Of a stretch of 64,000 bases of DNA, positions 29,004 to 40,800 are shown piece by piece. How positions within the stretch are numbered: the stretch's first letter is position 1; every line of letters starts with the position of its first letter. The notes beneath the pieces are model-generated. The model was not told the DNA's origin, did no database searches, and was given only the letters and a program-made list of their open reading frames with translations. Both the position numbers and the translations under genes were made by a program. This DNA comes from an uncultured Trichococcus sp. (lineage in GTDB: Bacteria; Bacillota; Bacilli; Lactobacillales; Aerococcaceae), in contig OY764015.1 in assembly GCA_963667775.1 (NCBI GenBank), positions 945,168 to 1,009,167 of the forward strand, written 5' to 3'.

Positions 29004-29769
29004 TTGCCAAAACTCCCATATTGCGTATTAAAAAAATAGTTCCGTACGTATCTTCTTGAGAAAAATTGATTTTTCTTTCTTTGACCAGTTCAAGCATCGC
29101 CAAAAACGTATTCACTATCTGCGATTTCGTCTGCACTTCAAAGAAAGCCGTAAAGGGAAGACGAGGATCAGAGTCATTCGGCAGGTTCTCCAACTTCTCC
29201 ATGATCCAAGTCATCGTCTGGTCAACCGTATATTGTTCCTGCTCCATTGTGGCCTGAAGCGGCTTCTTTTTCTGCAGTTTCTGATACATCTTCTGAAGTG
29301 CAGCAATCAAATCTGCAGCGGAAACTTCACCCGGAGCCAGCGGGATTGCTTGTTGAAGCTCCTCCAAGTCCGTTGCCGACTTCGTGAAATACAAACCTCG
29401 TTCCTGTTCCATAGTTTTTAATGCTTTGGCGGCTTCCTGGAATTGCTTGTATTCCACGAGCTGTTGAATCAAGCTTTCCCTTGGGTCCTCGCCCTCTTCA
29501 TAAAACTCCTCTTCGAAGGTCACTTCTTTCTTGGGAAGCAACATCCGACTCTTTATTTCCAACAATGTTGCAGCCATCAGCAAATAGTCTCCGGCAACAT
29601 CCAGTTTCATCTCCTGCATCGTGTCCAAATAACGCAGATATTGAAAAGTCACCTCTGCAATCGGTATATCGAAAATATCGACTTTCAATTCTTTTATCAA
29701 GTGCAGGAGGAGATCCAAGGGTCCCTCAAAATCCGGCAATATGAGGGTGAGTTCATTTTGTTCGCTCAC
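28996..29769 (-). CDS. scpA: Segregation and condensation protein A (kleisin)
   Basis: FEGPLDLLLHLIK..K.DI.DIPIA motif. GTG start overlaps the ribT stop (GTGA). Confidence 0.9.
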   Translation of the reverse strand: MSEQNELTLILPDFEGPLDLLLHLIKELKVDIFDIPIAEVTFQYLRYLDTMQEMKLDVAGDYLLMAATLLEIKSRMLLPKKEVTFEEEFYEEGEDPRESLIQQLVEYKQFQEAAKALKTMEQERGLYFTKSATDLEELQQAIPLAPGEVSAADLIAALQKMYQKLQKKKPLQATMEQEQYTVDQTMTWIMEKLENLPNDSDPRLPFTAFFEVQTKSQIVNTFLAMLELVKERKINFSQEDTYGTIFLIRNMGVLANE

Positions 29770-30158
29770 AATGATCCACTCGTTTCCTCATCGCTTCGGT
29801 TCAATTGCTTCTGATTCCATTTGGCGATGAATGGCGCGGTTTCCAGAGTCCCGTTGATTGTGCTTGTGGGATAGTGTTGTTGCAGTCCATCCAAAAGTTG
29901 ATGGACAATGCCTTCATTCCGAAAAGAAGGCGAGACAGCGATATGACGAACCAGCACCATTGTCTCATCTATTTCCACACCTATCAAAGCAACGATGTTA
30001 TCTGTCTCTTCATCTTTCCACAAGAATAGTTTCCTATCGACATTTTCGATGTAGCTTTCCATTTCCGGCTTCAGCCTCGCCACATTTTTTAGATCTGTTA
30101 CATAGGAAAGCAGTCCCATAGCTATTTTTTCATATGATTGATTATAAGAAATGAACAC
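29766..30158 (-). CDS. ribT: RibT-like GNAT N-acetyltransferase
   Basis: Aligns by eye along most of B. subtilis RibT: SYEKIAMGLLSY, RKLFLWKDEE..IVALIGVE and VRHIAVSPSFRNEGI. GTG start 6 nt after the AAGGAG SD. Confidence 0.75.
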   Translation of the reverse strand: MFISYNQSYEKIAMGLLSYVTDLKNVARLKPEMESYIENVDRKLFLWKDEETDNIVALIGVEIDETMVLVRHIAVSPSFRNEGIVHQLLDGLQQHYPTSTINGTLETAPFIAKWNQKQLNRSDEETSGSL

Positions 30159-30275
30159 TTCGATCTCCTTCTCACTTCGTATTTACCTTGATACCCGTTC
30201 TGAATCGCCTCATTCTGTACGGGTACGACTCTTAGCAACAACATTGTACGATAGCGTTGTTTTCGTGACCCTTAT

Positions 30276-31094
30276 TTACAGGACTGTCAATACATTCTTC
30301 AATAAGGCTTTGAATGTTTCTTTGACCCGGGTTGTTGTTTCGACGACTTCTTCATGATTCAGGGTTGCTTGCATGCCTGAAGCTAAATTAGTTATACAGG
30401 AAATGCCAAAAATGCGCAAACCTGCATGACGCGCTACTATGGCTTCCGGTACTGTGGACATGCCGACAGCGTCAGCACCCAACACCCGGCACATACGGAT
30501 TTCTGCTGGCGTTTCATACGTCGGACCTGTCAGGCCAAGATAAACGCCTTCCTTCAGATCCAAGCCCATCTCAGCAGCGACTTGTTTTATTTTCACTTGA
30601 TATCCGGAATCGTAAGCTTGGCTCATGTCCGTGAAACGCGGCCCCTGCTCGGGATCATTCGGACCGATCAAAGGATTTTGGCCCGTCAGATTGATGTGAT
30701 CCGTGATCAGCATCAGATCCCCGGGTGTGAAGGCATAACTGATGCCCCCGGCCGCATTTGTCAGCGCCAAGGAATGGATGCCCAGATACTTCATTACTCT
30801 GATCGGAAAAGTGACCGCTTCGAGCCCATAGCCCTCATAAAAATGAAAGCGCCCTTGCATGGCGATGACTTTCTTTCCGCTCAGGTTTCCGTATACAAGT
30901 TGGCCTTTATGCCCTTCAACCGTCGATTCGGGGAAGTAAGGGATTTCCTCATAAGGAATCGCAATCGCGTCCGTTATCTCATCAGCCAATTCGCCTAGGC
31001 CTGAACCCAAAATCAAACCGAATTCAGGTTCCAATAAGCCTTTTTCTTCTAAAAATTCTGCGGCTATCCGCACATTGTTTTGATCATTTGTCAT
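30276..31094 (-). CDS. punA: Purine nucleoside phosphorylase (trimeric PNP family)
   Basis: GLILGSGLG, GRFHFYEGY and MSTVPE motifs. ATG at 31094 follows a GAGGTG SD. Confidence 0.88.
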   Translation of the reverse strand: MTNDQNNVRIAAEFLEEKGLLEPEFGLILGSGLGELADEITDAIAIPYEEIPYFPESTVEGHKGQLVYGNLSGKKVIAMQGRFHFYEGYGLEAVTFPIRVMKYLGIHSLALTNAAGGISYAFTPGDLMLITDHINLTGQNPLIGPNDPEQGPRFTDMSQAYDSGYQVKIKQVAAEMGLDLKEGVYLGLTGPTYETPAEIRMCRVLGADAVGMSTVPEAIVARHAGLRIFGISCITNLASGMQATLNHEEVVETTTRVKETFKALLKNVLTVL

Positions 31095-31108
31095 ATTCCC
31101 ACACCTCA

Positions 31109-32278
31109 CTAGTCCAATTGGTCCAAAAAACTACGCCCGTTTTTAGTGGCGGCCACTCGGAAATTATCGGATACAGTCGCACCGATGTCCGCAAACTTGC
31201 CTTGATCGATTTTGCCGCGGCCTGCCATTTTTTTCGAATAAGCCAATAATGGAACATACTCGCGTGTATGATCTGTTCCAGGGAACGTTGGATCATTGCC
31301 GTGATCTGCGGTTATCAACAATAAATCATCATCTTCCAAAGCAGCCAATATCTCTGGAATACGCGCATCAAAATCTTCGATCGCCTTGGCATACCCTTTC
31401 ACATCTCTACGGTGTCCAAAGAGCGCGTCAAAATCGACCAAATTTAGGAAGCTTAGGCCTTGAAACTCTTTTCCCATGACCGTCAGCAGCTGATCGACGC
31501 CGTCCATATTACTTTTCGTCCGCACATATTCCGTTATGCCTTGGCCATTATAGATGTCATTGATTTTGCCGACGGCGATCACATCGAAGCCCGCTTCCTT
31601 CAAATAATCCAAGGTCGTTTGCCCGAATGGATTCAAGGCGTAATCGTGCCGGTTGCTTGTGCGGATAAACTGGCCCGGAGTGCCGATATACGGTCTGGCG
31701 ATGATCCGCCCGATCATGTAAGGATCTTCCAAAGTAATTTCTCTGACATATTCGCAGATCGCGTACAATTCCTCAAGCGGAATGATGTCTTCGTGCGCGG
31801 CAATCTGCAGCACCGGATCCGCCGACGTGTAGACAATCAAATCACCGGTCTTCATTTGGTGCTCACCGAATTCATCGAGTATTTCCGTCCCGCTGGCCGG
31901 CTTGTTCCCGATGATTTTCCTGCCTGTATGGGCTTCGATTTTCTGGATCAATTCTTGCGGAAAACCATCAGGAAATACGCGGAATGGTGACTGGATGTTG
32001 AGCCCCATGATTTCCCAATGGCCAGTCATCGTATCTTTACCGACGGATTCTTCCTCAAGTTTTGTATAGTAGCCGATGGATGCGCTGTCCGGTTTTACAC
32101 CAGCCAGTTCGCGTATATTCCCCAAACCCAACTTCTCCAGATTGGGAATGTCCAGCCCTGCGACTTCCGCGATATGTCCAAGCGTATCCGAACCGACATC
32201 GCCGAACTTGTGGGCATCTGGTGCTTCGCCTATGCCGACTGAATCCAATACGACCAAATGGATGCGATTAAATTTCAT
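31109..32278 (-). CDS. deoB: Phosphopentomutase
   Basis: The N-terminus [15 protein letters not shown] and the TADHGNDPT motif identify it. AGGAGG SD. Confidence 0.92.
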   Translation of the reverse strand: MKFNRIHLVVLDSVGIGEAPDAHKFGDVGSDTLGHIAEVAGLDIPNLEKLGLGNIRELAGVKPDSASIGYYTKLEEESVGKDTMTGHWEIMGLNIQSPFRVFPDGFPQELIQKIEAHTGRKIIGNKPASGTEILDEFGEHQMKTGDLIVYTSADPVLQIAAHEDIIPLEELYAICEYVREITLEDPYMIGRIIARPYIGTPGQFIRTSNRHDYALNPFGQTTLDYLKEAGFDVIAVGKINDIYNGQGITEYVRTKSNMDGVDQLLTVMGKEFQGLSFLNLVDFDALFGHRRDVKGYAKAIEDFDARIPEILAALEDDDLLLITADHGNDPTFPGTDHTREYVPLLAYSKKMAGRGKIDQGKFADIGATVSDNFRVAATKNGRSFLDQLD

Positions 32279-32323
32279 GTTCCTGTTCCTCCTTTATCCT
32301 CAGCGGACTTGATCCGTTACGCT

Positions 32324-33214
32324 TCAAGCACGAGGATGATATTTTTGATAGATTTCTGCCATTCTTTCTGTTGTGATGTGCGTATAAATCTGGGTTGTGG
32401 AAATATCAGCATGCCCCAACAGTTCCTGTACAATCCGCAGATCTGCCCCGTTTTCCAGAATATGCGTCGCAAAAGAATGACGCAGCATGTGCGGAGATAC
32501 ATTCTTATTGATGCCGGCATCCCGCACAGTTTGCTTCAGATTTTTCCAGATCCCTTGACGGGTGAACCCATTGCCATGGAAATTGAGGAAAAGATAAGCC
32601 GTCTCCTTCTTCCCACGCGCCAAAGCTGGCCGACTGTCCGACAAATATTCCGAAATCCAGAAGGCGGCTTCCTCACCCAACGGCACGATTCTTTCTTTGT
32701 CGCCCTTCCCTATCGTTTGGATGAACCCGATATCCAGATGGATTTCGCTCATCGTAATGTGGATGAGTTCACTGACGCGAAGACCAGTAGCGTACAATAG
32801 TTCCAATATGGCCCGGTCCCGCAAGCCAAGGACAGTTTTCACATCCGGCGTAGCCATCAGGCGTTCGATTTCATCCATCGAGAGCACTTTCGGCAACTTC
32901 TGCTGCTTTTTCGGCAGCTGAATAGTGACCATCGGATCATTTTCGATCAACCCTTCTTGCTTCAAGTATTGATGAAATCTCCGGAGACTGGTGATCATCC
33001 TTCCGATCGAGGCTGTCGCTAATTTTTCCTCGTTCAAAAATTGTAGATACAAAAGCACATCCGGTTTGGTGACATCGTCGAATGCATGAATCTCATTCTT
33101 TTCCAAAAAACGGCTATATTTTCTGAGGTCCCGCTGATAACTGATGATTGTATTATCCGATAACCCTCTCTCAATCCTCAAATAACGCCCGTATGCATTG
33201 ATTTCTTCTTCCAT
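32324..33214 (-). CDS. xerD: Tyrosine recombinase XerD (chromosome dimer resolution)
   Basis: R..H..R..Y catalytic set (ATGLRVSEL, HMLRHSFATHIL, TQIYTH). Conserved fur-xerD-deoB-punA context. Confidence 0.88.
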   Translation of the reverse strand: MEEEINAYGRYLRIERGLSDNTIISYQRDLRKYSRFLEKNEIHAFDDVTKPDVLLYLQFLNEEKLATASIGRMITSLRRFHQYLKQEGLIENDPMVTIQLPKKQQKLPKVLSMDEIERLMATPDVKTVLGLRDRAILELLYATGLRVSELIHITMSEIHLDIGFIQTIGKGDKERIVPLGEEAAFWISEYLSDSRPALARGKKETAYLFLNFHGNGFTRQGIWKNLKQTVRDAGINKNVSPHMLRHSFATHILENGADLRIVQELLGHADISTTQIYTHITTERMAEIYQKYHPRA

Positions 33215-33243
33215 ATCACTTAATCCATTTCGGCCTTTACAGG

Positions 33244-33699
33244 CTATTTATTCCTTTGTTTTTGTTGGCAGTCACGGCAAATACCGTGAAAAGTCAAACG
33301 ATGGTCTTTCACCACAAACTGATAGCGGGCTTCGACATCTTTTTCGACCTCACCCAACAAATCTTCGTGTATTTCTTCGATATTGCCGCATTCGATGCAT
33401 AAAAGATGATGATGGAAATGTTCATTGTTGGTCCTTCTTAAATCGTAGCGGGACAAGCCGTCTTCAAACACAACTTTGTACGTGATGTTCAGTTCGGTCA
33501 AGATTTCCAATGTACGATAGACCGTGGCAAGACCGATATCGGGATGCTTAAGCCGCAACAGCAGGAAAATTTCCTCCGCGCTGAGATGCTCTTTTTCCTT
33601 TTCCAGCAGCACGCTGACAGTAGCTTCTCGTTGTGGAGTGAGCTTGAACCCTGCCTCTTGCAATTGTTTTTTGATGGTGTTTAATGACAATTCCGTCAC
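33244..33699 (-). CDS. fur: Ferric uptake regulator family protein (closest to B. subtilis Fur)
   Basis: KLTPQREATV..LL, GLATVYRTLE.LTEL, HFHHHL.C..CG and HGIC..C. GTG start. Confidence 0.85.
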   Translation of the reverse strand: MTELSLNTIKKQLQEAGFKLTPQREATVSVLLEKEKEHLSAEEIFLLLRLKHPDIGLATVYRTLEILTELNITYKVVFEDGLSRYDLRRTNNEHFHHHLLCIECGNIEEIHEDLLGEVEKDVEARYQFVVKDHRLTFHGICRDCQQKQRNK

Positions 33700-33730
33700 T
33701 GCTGTCGGCTCCTTTAAGGACAGGCTGAGC

Positions 33731-34597
33731 CTAATCCTTTTTGATTAATTTTGTGTGACCATCTTCTTGGATGATCAGCCTGGCCTTCAGCAAATGTCCC
33801 AACGCCCTTTTGAATTGCGCCTTGCTGATGCCAAAGTATTCTTTGATCGCTTCAGGGTCACTCTTATCCCAATAAGGCAAGCTGTGCGTAGGGCTTTGCT
33901 CCAGCAACACCAAAATCATGGCTGCGTCCTCACTGATTGCTTCGTGGGCACGCGGTTTTAAGGACAGGTTCAGCATGCCGTGTTGACTGATGCCGATTAC
34001 CCGCCCACTGACGACTTCACCCAAGCGTGGTTCGATTTCCCGCTCGGAGGGATGAATGAACCCGATGTAATGATCATCCGTCAAGATGAACGTACCCACC
34101 AATTTCAAACGGAAGACGGTTCCAGTCACATCTTTATTTTTCAATTCCTCACCCGGAGAACGGGAAATGGAACGGAATACCGGTTCATCGGCGATGACTC
34201 CCCACAGACGGTCTTTGCTGTCCTGCTCCAAGGCAATCAGCAGTCGATCTCCCTTTTTCGGCCACAGTGATTTGATATCGGGCAAGTTATCCAAAGAAAC
34301 GACAATTTCTTTGTCCTCAAGACCGATATCCACAAACACACCTAAATCTTTCCGGACAGCCACAACTGTTCCCCAACCATATTTCCCTACTTGGCTTGTC
34401 GGCTCCTTCAAGGTCATGCGCAGTTGCTTGTTCATCCCTTCGTAGACGAATCCTTTAACAGTGTCCCCTAACTGCAACGCCGTTTCCGACTCTGCCTTAT
34501 CCAATCTGTAAGTGATGCCGTCTTTCTGGACGAAGACACTTTTCTCGTTCTCGTCCACGATCACACCTGTAATGATTGTTCCTAGTACTTTACTCAT
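33731..34597 (-). CDS. cvfB: S1-domain RNA-binding protein CvfB/YitL
   Basis: Three S1-like repeats plus a C-terminal winged helix (AQFKRALGHLLKARLI). Confidence 0.8.
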   Translation of the reverse strand: MSKVLGTIITGVIVDENEKSVFVQKDGITYRLDKAESETALQLGDTVKGFVYEGMNKQLRMTLKEPTSQVGKYGWGTVVAVRKDLGVFVDIGLEDKEIVVSLDNLPDIKSLWPKKGDRLLIALEQDSKDRLWGVIADEPVFRSISRSPGEELKNKDVTGTVFRLKLVGTFILTDDHYIGFIHPSEREIEPRLGEVVSGRVIGISQHGMLNLSLKPRAHEAISEDAAMILVLLEQSPTHSLPYWDKSDPEAIKEYFGISKAQFKRALGHLLKARLIIQEDGHTKLIKKD

Positions 34598-34638
34598 ATT
34601 TTTCCTCCAGACGGTCCTTCCGTCGCTGTATTTCTTCT

Positions 34639-34667
34639 ATTTTATCATATCACAAAATGATTTCCAA
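34639..34667 (-). promoter_or_regulatory. Putative sigma-A promoter of cvfB
   Basis: TTGGAA, 17 nt spacer, TAAAAT (with TGA just upstream of the -10) on the minus strand, about 40 nt before the SD. Confidence 0.55.
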
Positions 34668-34789
34668 AGCGCCGTTGTTCCGCGCTTGTCATATTTGTCA
34701 TATTTATGCTTATTATCCGTACTCAAGGAAAGCAAATGGGTCCGAGACTCTCGTCCCAGACCCACAGATGCTCTCTAATTTAGTTAAGC

Positions 34790-36547
34790 TTAGATGGTAG
34801 TTGTTGCACCGCGGTAAATGATGCCGCGACGAGAATCGATTGTGATCAATTCATTGTCTTCCACTAATGTAGTCGCATTGGCTGCTCCTACGATTACCGG
34901 GATGCCACTTGCGATACCGACAACCGCAGCATGACTTGTCAAGCCGCCAGCTTCAACGATCACCGCTGCAGCTTTTTCGAATGCAGGTGTATAGTCTTTA
35001 TCAGAAGTCTTCAACACTAAGATGCAGTCTTCTGTAACTTTAGCGATTGCTTCCTCCGCGGAAAGAGCCACAACAGCTTTACCGATGACAGATTTATCGC
35101 CGATACCTTGGCCGGAAGTCAATTTTGTTCCGATCAATTGGATCTTCATCAAGTTTGTTGTGCCGCGTTCGCCTACTGGTACACCAGCAGTGATGATGAT
35201 CAAGTCGCCTTCTTTAGCGAATTTTTCTTCTTTGGCAACTTTAGCAGCCAATTCCATCATTTCATCAGTTGAATCAGGTTTTTCGGTTACGAACGGATAC
35301 ACACCCCATGAAAGTGCCAATCCGCGTCTTTGACGCTCCGAGAAAGTGACTGCAACGATGTGTGATTTCGGACGGTATTTAGAGATCATGCGCGCTGTGT
35401 GACCAGACTCAGTAGCGGCAACGATTGTTTGGATGTTAAGGTTGCGGGCTGTATGTCCAACCGACTGACCGATTGCTTCAGCCATATCCGTGTTGCTGTA
35501 TGCTTTCAGAGCAAATGCGTCTTGTCCAACGAGCGCTTCTTCAGTACGGATTGCGATTGTAGCCATTGTCGAAACAGCTTCAACCGGATAATCCCCTGCA
35601 GCTGTTTCTCCGGATAGCATAACCGCATCAGTTCCGTCAAAGATTGCGTTGGCAACGTCTCCTGCTTCAGCACGTGTAGGACGTGGGTTGCGTTGCATGG
35701 AATCAAGCATTTGTGTTGCTGTGATGACTGGTTTGCCTAAAGCGTTACATTTTTTGATCAACATTTTTTGTGCGATAGGAACTTCTTCCGTAGGGATTTC
35801 TACTCCTAAGTCACCACGGGCAACCATCAAACCTTGAGAAACTTTCAGAATCTCGTCGATGTTATCGAGACCTTCTTGGTTTTCGATTTTAGGGATGATT
35901 TGGATGTGGGTTGCATTATGTTTTTCTAAAATCTCAGTGATTGCCAATACATCACTTGCGCGACGAACGAAGCTCGCTGCGATGAAATCGACATCATTCT
36001 CGATACCGAAGATGATGTCTTCAGTATCTTTTTGTGTAATCCCTGGGAAGTTCGTTTTGATCCCCGGCAGATTGACACCTTTTTTATTTTTCAGGATTCC
36101 TGAGTTTTTGATCAAAGTAACAATTTCATTGTTCTCTTTGTCGATTTCAGTAACTTCAAGGTCGATCAAGCCATCATCCAATAGGATATGGTTTCCGACA
36201 ACAACATCGTTGATCAATTCTGGGTAAGTGATTGAGAATTTATCTTTCGTACCCTCAACTTCTGTCATTGAGATTCTTACTGTTTCTCCTGCGATCAACG
36301 ACACGATGCCGTCTTTCATGTTGTTTGTACGGATTTCAGGGCCTTTTGTATCCAAAAGGATAGCGCACATTTTGCCTGTGATTTTTGACGCTTCACGAAT
36401 GTTGACGATACGAGCACCATGTTCTTCAAAATCTCCGTGCGAGAAATTCAAGCGGGCAACGTTCATACCGGCATTGATTAATTTTACGAGTGTTTCTACT
36501 GATTCACTGGCAGGCCCGATTGTACATACAATTTTTGTCTTTTTCAT
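34790..36547 (-). CDS. pyk: Pyruvate kinase with a C-terminal PEP-utilizer (swivelling) domain
   Basis: [14 protein letters not shown] start and [12 protein letters not shown] motif. The extra C-terminal ~100 aa include [13 protein letters not shown] at 36547. Confidence 0.93.
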   Translation of the reverse strand: MKKTKIVCTIGPASESVETLVKLINAGMNVARLNFSHGDFEEHGARIVNIREASKITGKMCAILLDTKGPEIRTNNMKDGIVSLIAGETVRISMTEVEGTKDKFSITYPELINDVVVGNHILLDDGLIDLEVTEIDKENNEIVTLIKNSGILKNKKGVNLPGIKTNFPGITQKDTEDIIFGIENDVDFIAASFVRRASDVLAITEILEKHNATHIQIIPKIENQEGLDNIDEILKVSQGLMVARGDLGVEIPTEEVPIAQKMLIKKCNALGKPVITATQMLDSMQRNPRPTRAEAGDVANAIFDGTDAVMLSGETAAGDYPVEAVSTMATIAIRTEEALVGQDAFALKAYSNTDMAEAIGQSVGHTARNLNIQTIVAATESGHTARMISKYRPKSHIVAVTFSERQRRGLALSWGVYPFVTEKPDSTDEMMELAAKVAKEEKFAKEGDLIIITAGVPVGERGTTNLMKIQLIGTKLTSGQGIGDKSVIGKAVVALSAEEAIAKVTEDCILVLKTSDKDYTPAFEKAAAVIVEAGGLTSHAAVVGIASGIPVIVGAANATTLVEDNELITIDSRRGIIYRGATTTI

Positions 36548-36598
36548 AGAAAATAAGCACCTCATTTTATATTTTGTAAAACGTAAGTAAACTTTTCG

Positions 36599-37567
<969 letters not shown>

Positions 37568-37793
37568 TCACCTCATCAATAAAGTTAAAAACTCTCAATT
37601 TCCAAAAAAAACATGCATTAAATATTTTTTGAATTTGTCCTTCACTATCTTATCATCTTTTTATGAAAATGTCTTTTAATTTCACGTTTTTTTGATTGTT
37701 AAAAAAGAAACAATCAAAAATAATGGCTTCTTGTCCGTAATATCCCAACATTTCAGCAAATTGTTATTACTACCGCCCACATTTAGCTGATTC

Positions 37794-37838
37794 GTTGCAG
37801 ACAGGCCAAGCCAAAATGGCTTGACATGTCTGGGCAAC
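37794..37838 (-). other. Long imperfect stem-loop about 50 nt downstream of dnaE (possible 3'-end stabiliser or U-tract-less terminator)
   Basis: CAGACAGGCCAAGCC-AAAAT-GGCTTGACATGTCTG, with 13 of 15 positions paired. Flanking GTTGC/GCAAC extends the stem. No U-run follows on the minus strand. Confidence 0.35.
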
Positions 37839-37882
37839 TTCCATATTTATGAAAACAGTATACGGATATCGACTTTCCACTT

Positions 37883-40800
37883 TCATTTAACGGCCACATT
37901 TCCGTTCCCAAATACAGCCTGGAGTGACTCAAGCAATTCAGCCGAAATAGTGACCCAGTTTTCAGCCGTCAACCGCACCGTTTGTTTTTTGGCTTCGTTG
38001 TAGAGGATGACGGGATGGTCACCCGGTTGTTTGTTCAATATCCGGTACATTTTATTGAACAGTTCAGCTTGATTGTTTTCCGTCGTCAAGCGGATGAAGA
38101 CATTTTCTTTTTTTTGACCCATCATTTCCTGATAGACTTCTGCATCCCAAATGTGCGTGACCAAAAAATTCGTTTTGTCGGCTTGTTTTGACCGCTCCAG
38201 CTTGCCTTCAACGACAAGCAGCTGGTTTGCCTTCAGCTGTTTCATGAACCGGATATAGTACTCGGGAAAAATCGTGACGCTGATTTCGCCTGTACTGTCG
38301 GTGAGGTTTGCGAAAGCCATCGGATCGCCCTTCTTCGTCTGGATTCTTCGGATGTCTTTGATCAGTCCCATCGTGCGCATTTTTTTATCGTATGCCAGCT
38401 CGGTAACGTAAACAACTGAGCCGTTGGTGTACAATTTGCCGAATTGATCGATCGGATGGCCCTTCAAAGAATGGCCCAGAGCAGCTTCCTCCATATCCAA
38501 CAGTTCCAGCAGGGGCAGTTCTTCCGTTTCAACATATTTCGGTTCCAGTATCGAAAAAAGGTCGATGTTGTTTCCGCTGTAATCGATGCTATTCAGCATA
38601 CCCGGCAACGACTGCAGCAGTGTCGCGCGCGAATGCCCGAAACTATCGAACGCCCCACTGTAGATGAGTGGTGTGATGTTTTCCTCTTTCAGCCACTTCG
38701 GATGGATCCTTCTCAAAAATTGGACGAAATCCTGATAGTGCCCATGACCTTGACGCTCTTTGATGATTTCTTGGATAAAATCGCGTCTGAGTCCTTTGAT
38801 TCCGCCCAAGCCGAATTGGATCGTCTGATGCTGCAGTGCAAATTTCCAGTTGCTCGTATTGATGTCCGGATAGGAAACGGTTATGTTGCGCCTTTTCAGT
38901 TCGATGAAGTATTCCCTCATCTTATCCGAGTGTTGGTTGACGGAATTCAGCAAAGCAGCAAAAAAAGCTTCCGGGAAGTTTGCCTTCATGTAAGCAAGTT
39001 GGTAGGCTATGAAGGAATAGGCGACCGAATGCGAACGGTTGAAACCGTAATTGGCGAACCGCTCGATGTAATCATACACTTGCTCGGCCGTCTGCTCGGA
39101 ATAGCCTTGCTGCAGCGACCCTTCAATAAAGTGTTTTCTTTCTTCATCGATAGCCGATTTTTGTTTTTTGCCTATTGCTCTTCTGAGGATGTCCGCTTCC
39201 CCCAGGCTGAAGCCAGCCATTCTGGAAGCCACTTGCATGACCTGTTCCTGATAAACCATTACCCCGTAGGTAACCTCCAGGATCGACTTCAGATCCGGAT
39301 GGAGATAATCGATTGCGGCCAATCCCTTTTTCCGCGAAATGAAGAGGTCGATCTGTTCCATCGGACCCGGCCGATAAAGCGCATTGACGGCAGCGACATC
39401 TTCAATCGATTCCGGCCTAAGCTTTCGCAATACATTTTTTATGCCGGGGGATTCAAATTGGAACACCCCATTCGTATCCGCCCTTCGGAATATGTCGAGC
39501 GTCCGATCGTCATCCATCGGTATTTCCCAAATGTTGATGTTTTTTTTGTGCGCATCGCTGGCCAATTGCACCGCATCGTTCAGTATCGTCAGATTTTTCA
39601 GACCAAGGAAGTCCATTTTCAGCAACCCGATTTCTTCGATGTTGCCCATCGTGTACTGTGTCAGATACAGATCGCTGTTTTTCTTCTGCAAAGGCACAAT
39701 ATCCCGTAATGGCTTGTCGCTGATGACGACACCTGCCGCATGAGTGGAAACATGCCGCGGAACGCCTTCAATCTTTTCGGCCGTTTCGTAAAGAAGGCGG
39801 TTCACGTCAGTCGCGCTGATCAGGTGCTGTAATTCTTTTGACTTCTGCCTTGCCTCCGCCAGACTGATGCCCAATTGATTCGGGATCGCATTCGACCATG
39901 CCTGAGCCTCCGCGGTTGTGAGTCCGAATACGCGTGCCGTATCACGCAAAGACATTTTCGCGGCCAGCGTCCCGAATGTGGCTATTTGGGCGACGTGGTC
40001 CGAACCGTATTTATCCCGGACATAGTGCAGGATGTCGTCCCTCCGATTATCCGGAAAATCCAAATCGATATCCGGCATGTTGTAGCGCTCTTTGTTCAGA
40101 AACCGTTCAAACAACAAATTGTATCTGATGGGATCGACATGAGTGATGCGCAGGACGTATGACACGAGCGAGCCTGCGGCGGAACCACGGCCGGCTCCGG
40201 GCATGATCTTCGCTTTTCGGGCATAAGCCATCACATCCCAAACAATCAGGAAATAATCATCGAAGCCCATTTCATGGATGACTTCCAATTCGTAAGCCAA
40301 GCGTTTTTCATATTCCGCATCAGAAGTCCCGATCCGCTGACGCAGCCCTTCTTCACAGAGCCGTCTTAGGTATGCTTGGGGTGTTGTCCCGGCAGGCAGC
40401 GGATAACGCGGCAACAGCGACTGATGCAATGGCAATTCGATTTTTATTTCGTCCGCAATTTTCTGGGTCGTTTCAGCGGAACCCACCAAATCAGCTTCCC
40501 GAAATTTCCTTTCGATTTCTTCGCAGGACGGCAAGTAATACGTGCCATCCAACGCTTCAGATTGCAGATCCACTCTTTCGTTCGCTTCGATTGCCTTCAG
40601 GACACGGCAACTGAAATTGTCGCTCGGTTCGAGATATCTGACGTCATGCATAGCCGTAGTCGGGATATTCGTCTCCTGCGATAGAAGCTTCAGTCTCGGG
40701 ATGATCGGTTTCATTTTTTCGTGGAGCTGAACGCCTAAATAAAAATTGCCGGGGGTGAAAATTTTTTTCCAGGCCAAACTGGCTGCCTTGGCGTTCTCTG

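Noticed and set aside
32279-32323. cre-like (CcpA) sequences upstream of deoB (TGAAGCGTAACGG) and near 19756 (TGAAAGCGTAATAC)
   Set aside because: Both break several invariant positions of TGWAANCGNTNWCA, so they are not supportable as cre sites.
32324-33214. Tyrosine recombinase as a possible integrase of a mobile element
   Set aside because: It has the full XerD signature and sits in the conserved fur-xerD-deoB-punA housekeeping context. No flanking repeats, att-like sites or phage/ICE genes are present.
38444-39709. 421 aa plus-strand ORF lying entirely inside dnaE
   Set aside because: It is antisense to a gene with unmistakable DnaE motifs. It has no SD, and its composition is Arg/Phe/Ile/Gln-rich, typical of the reverse-complement frame of a real gene. 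I treat it as a frame artefact.
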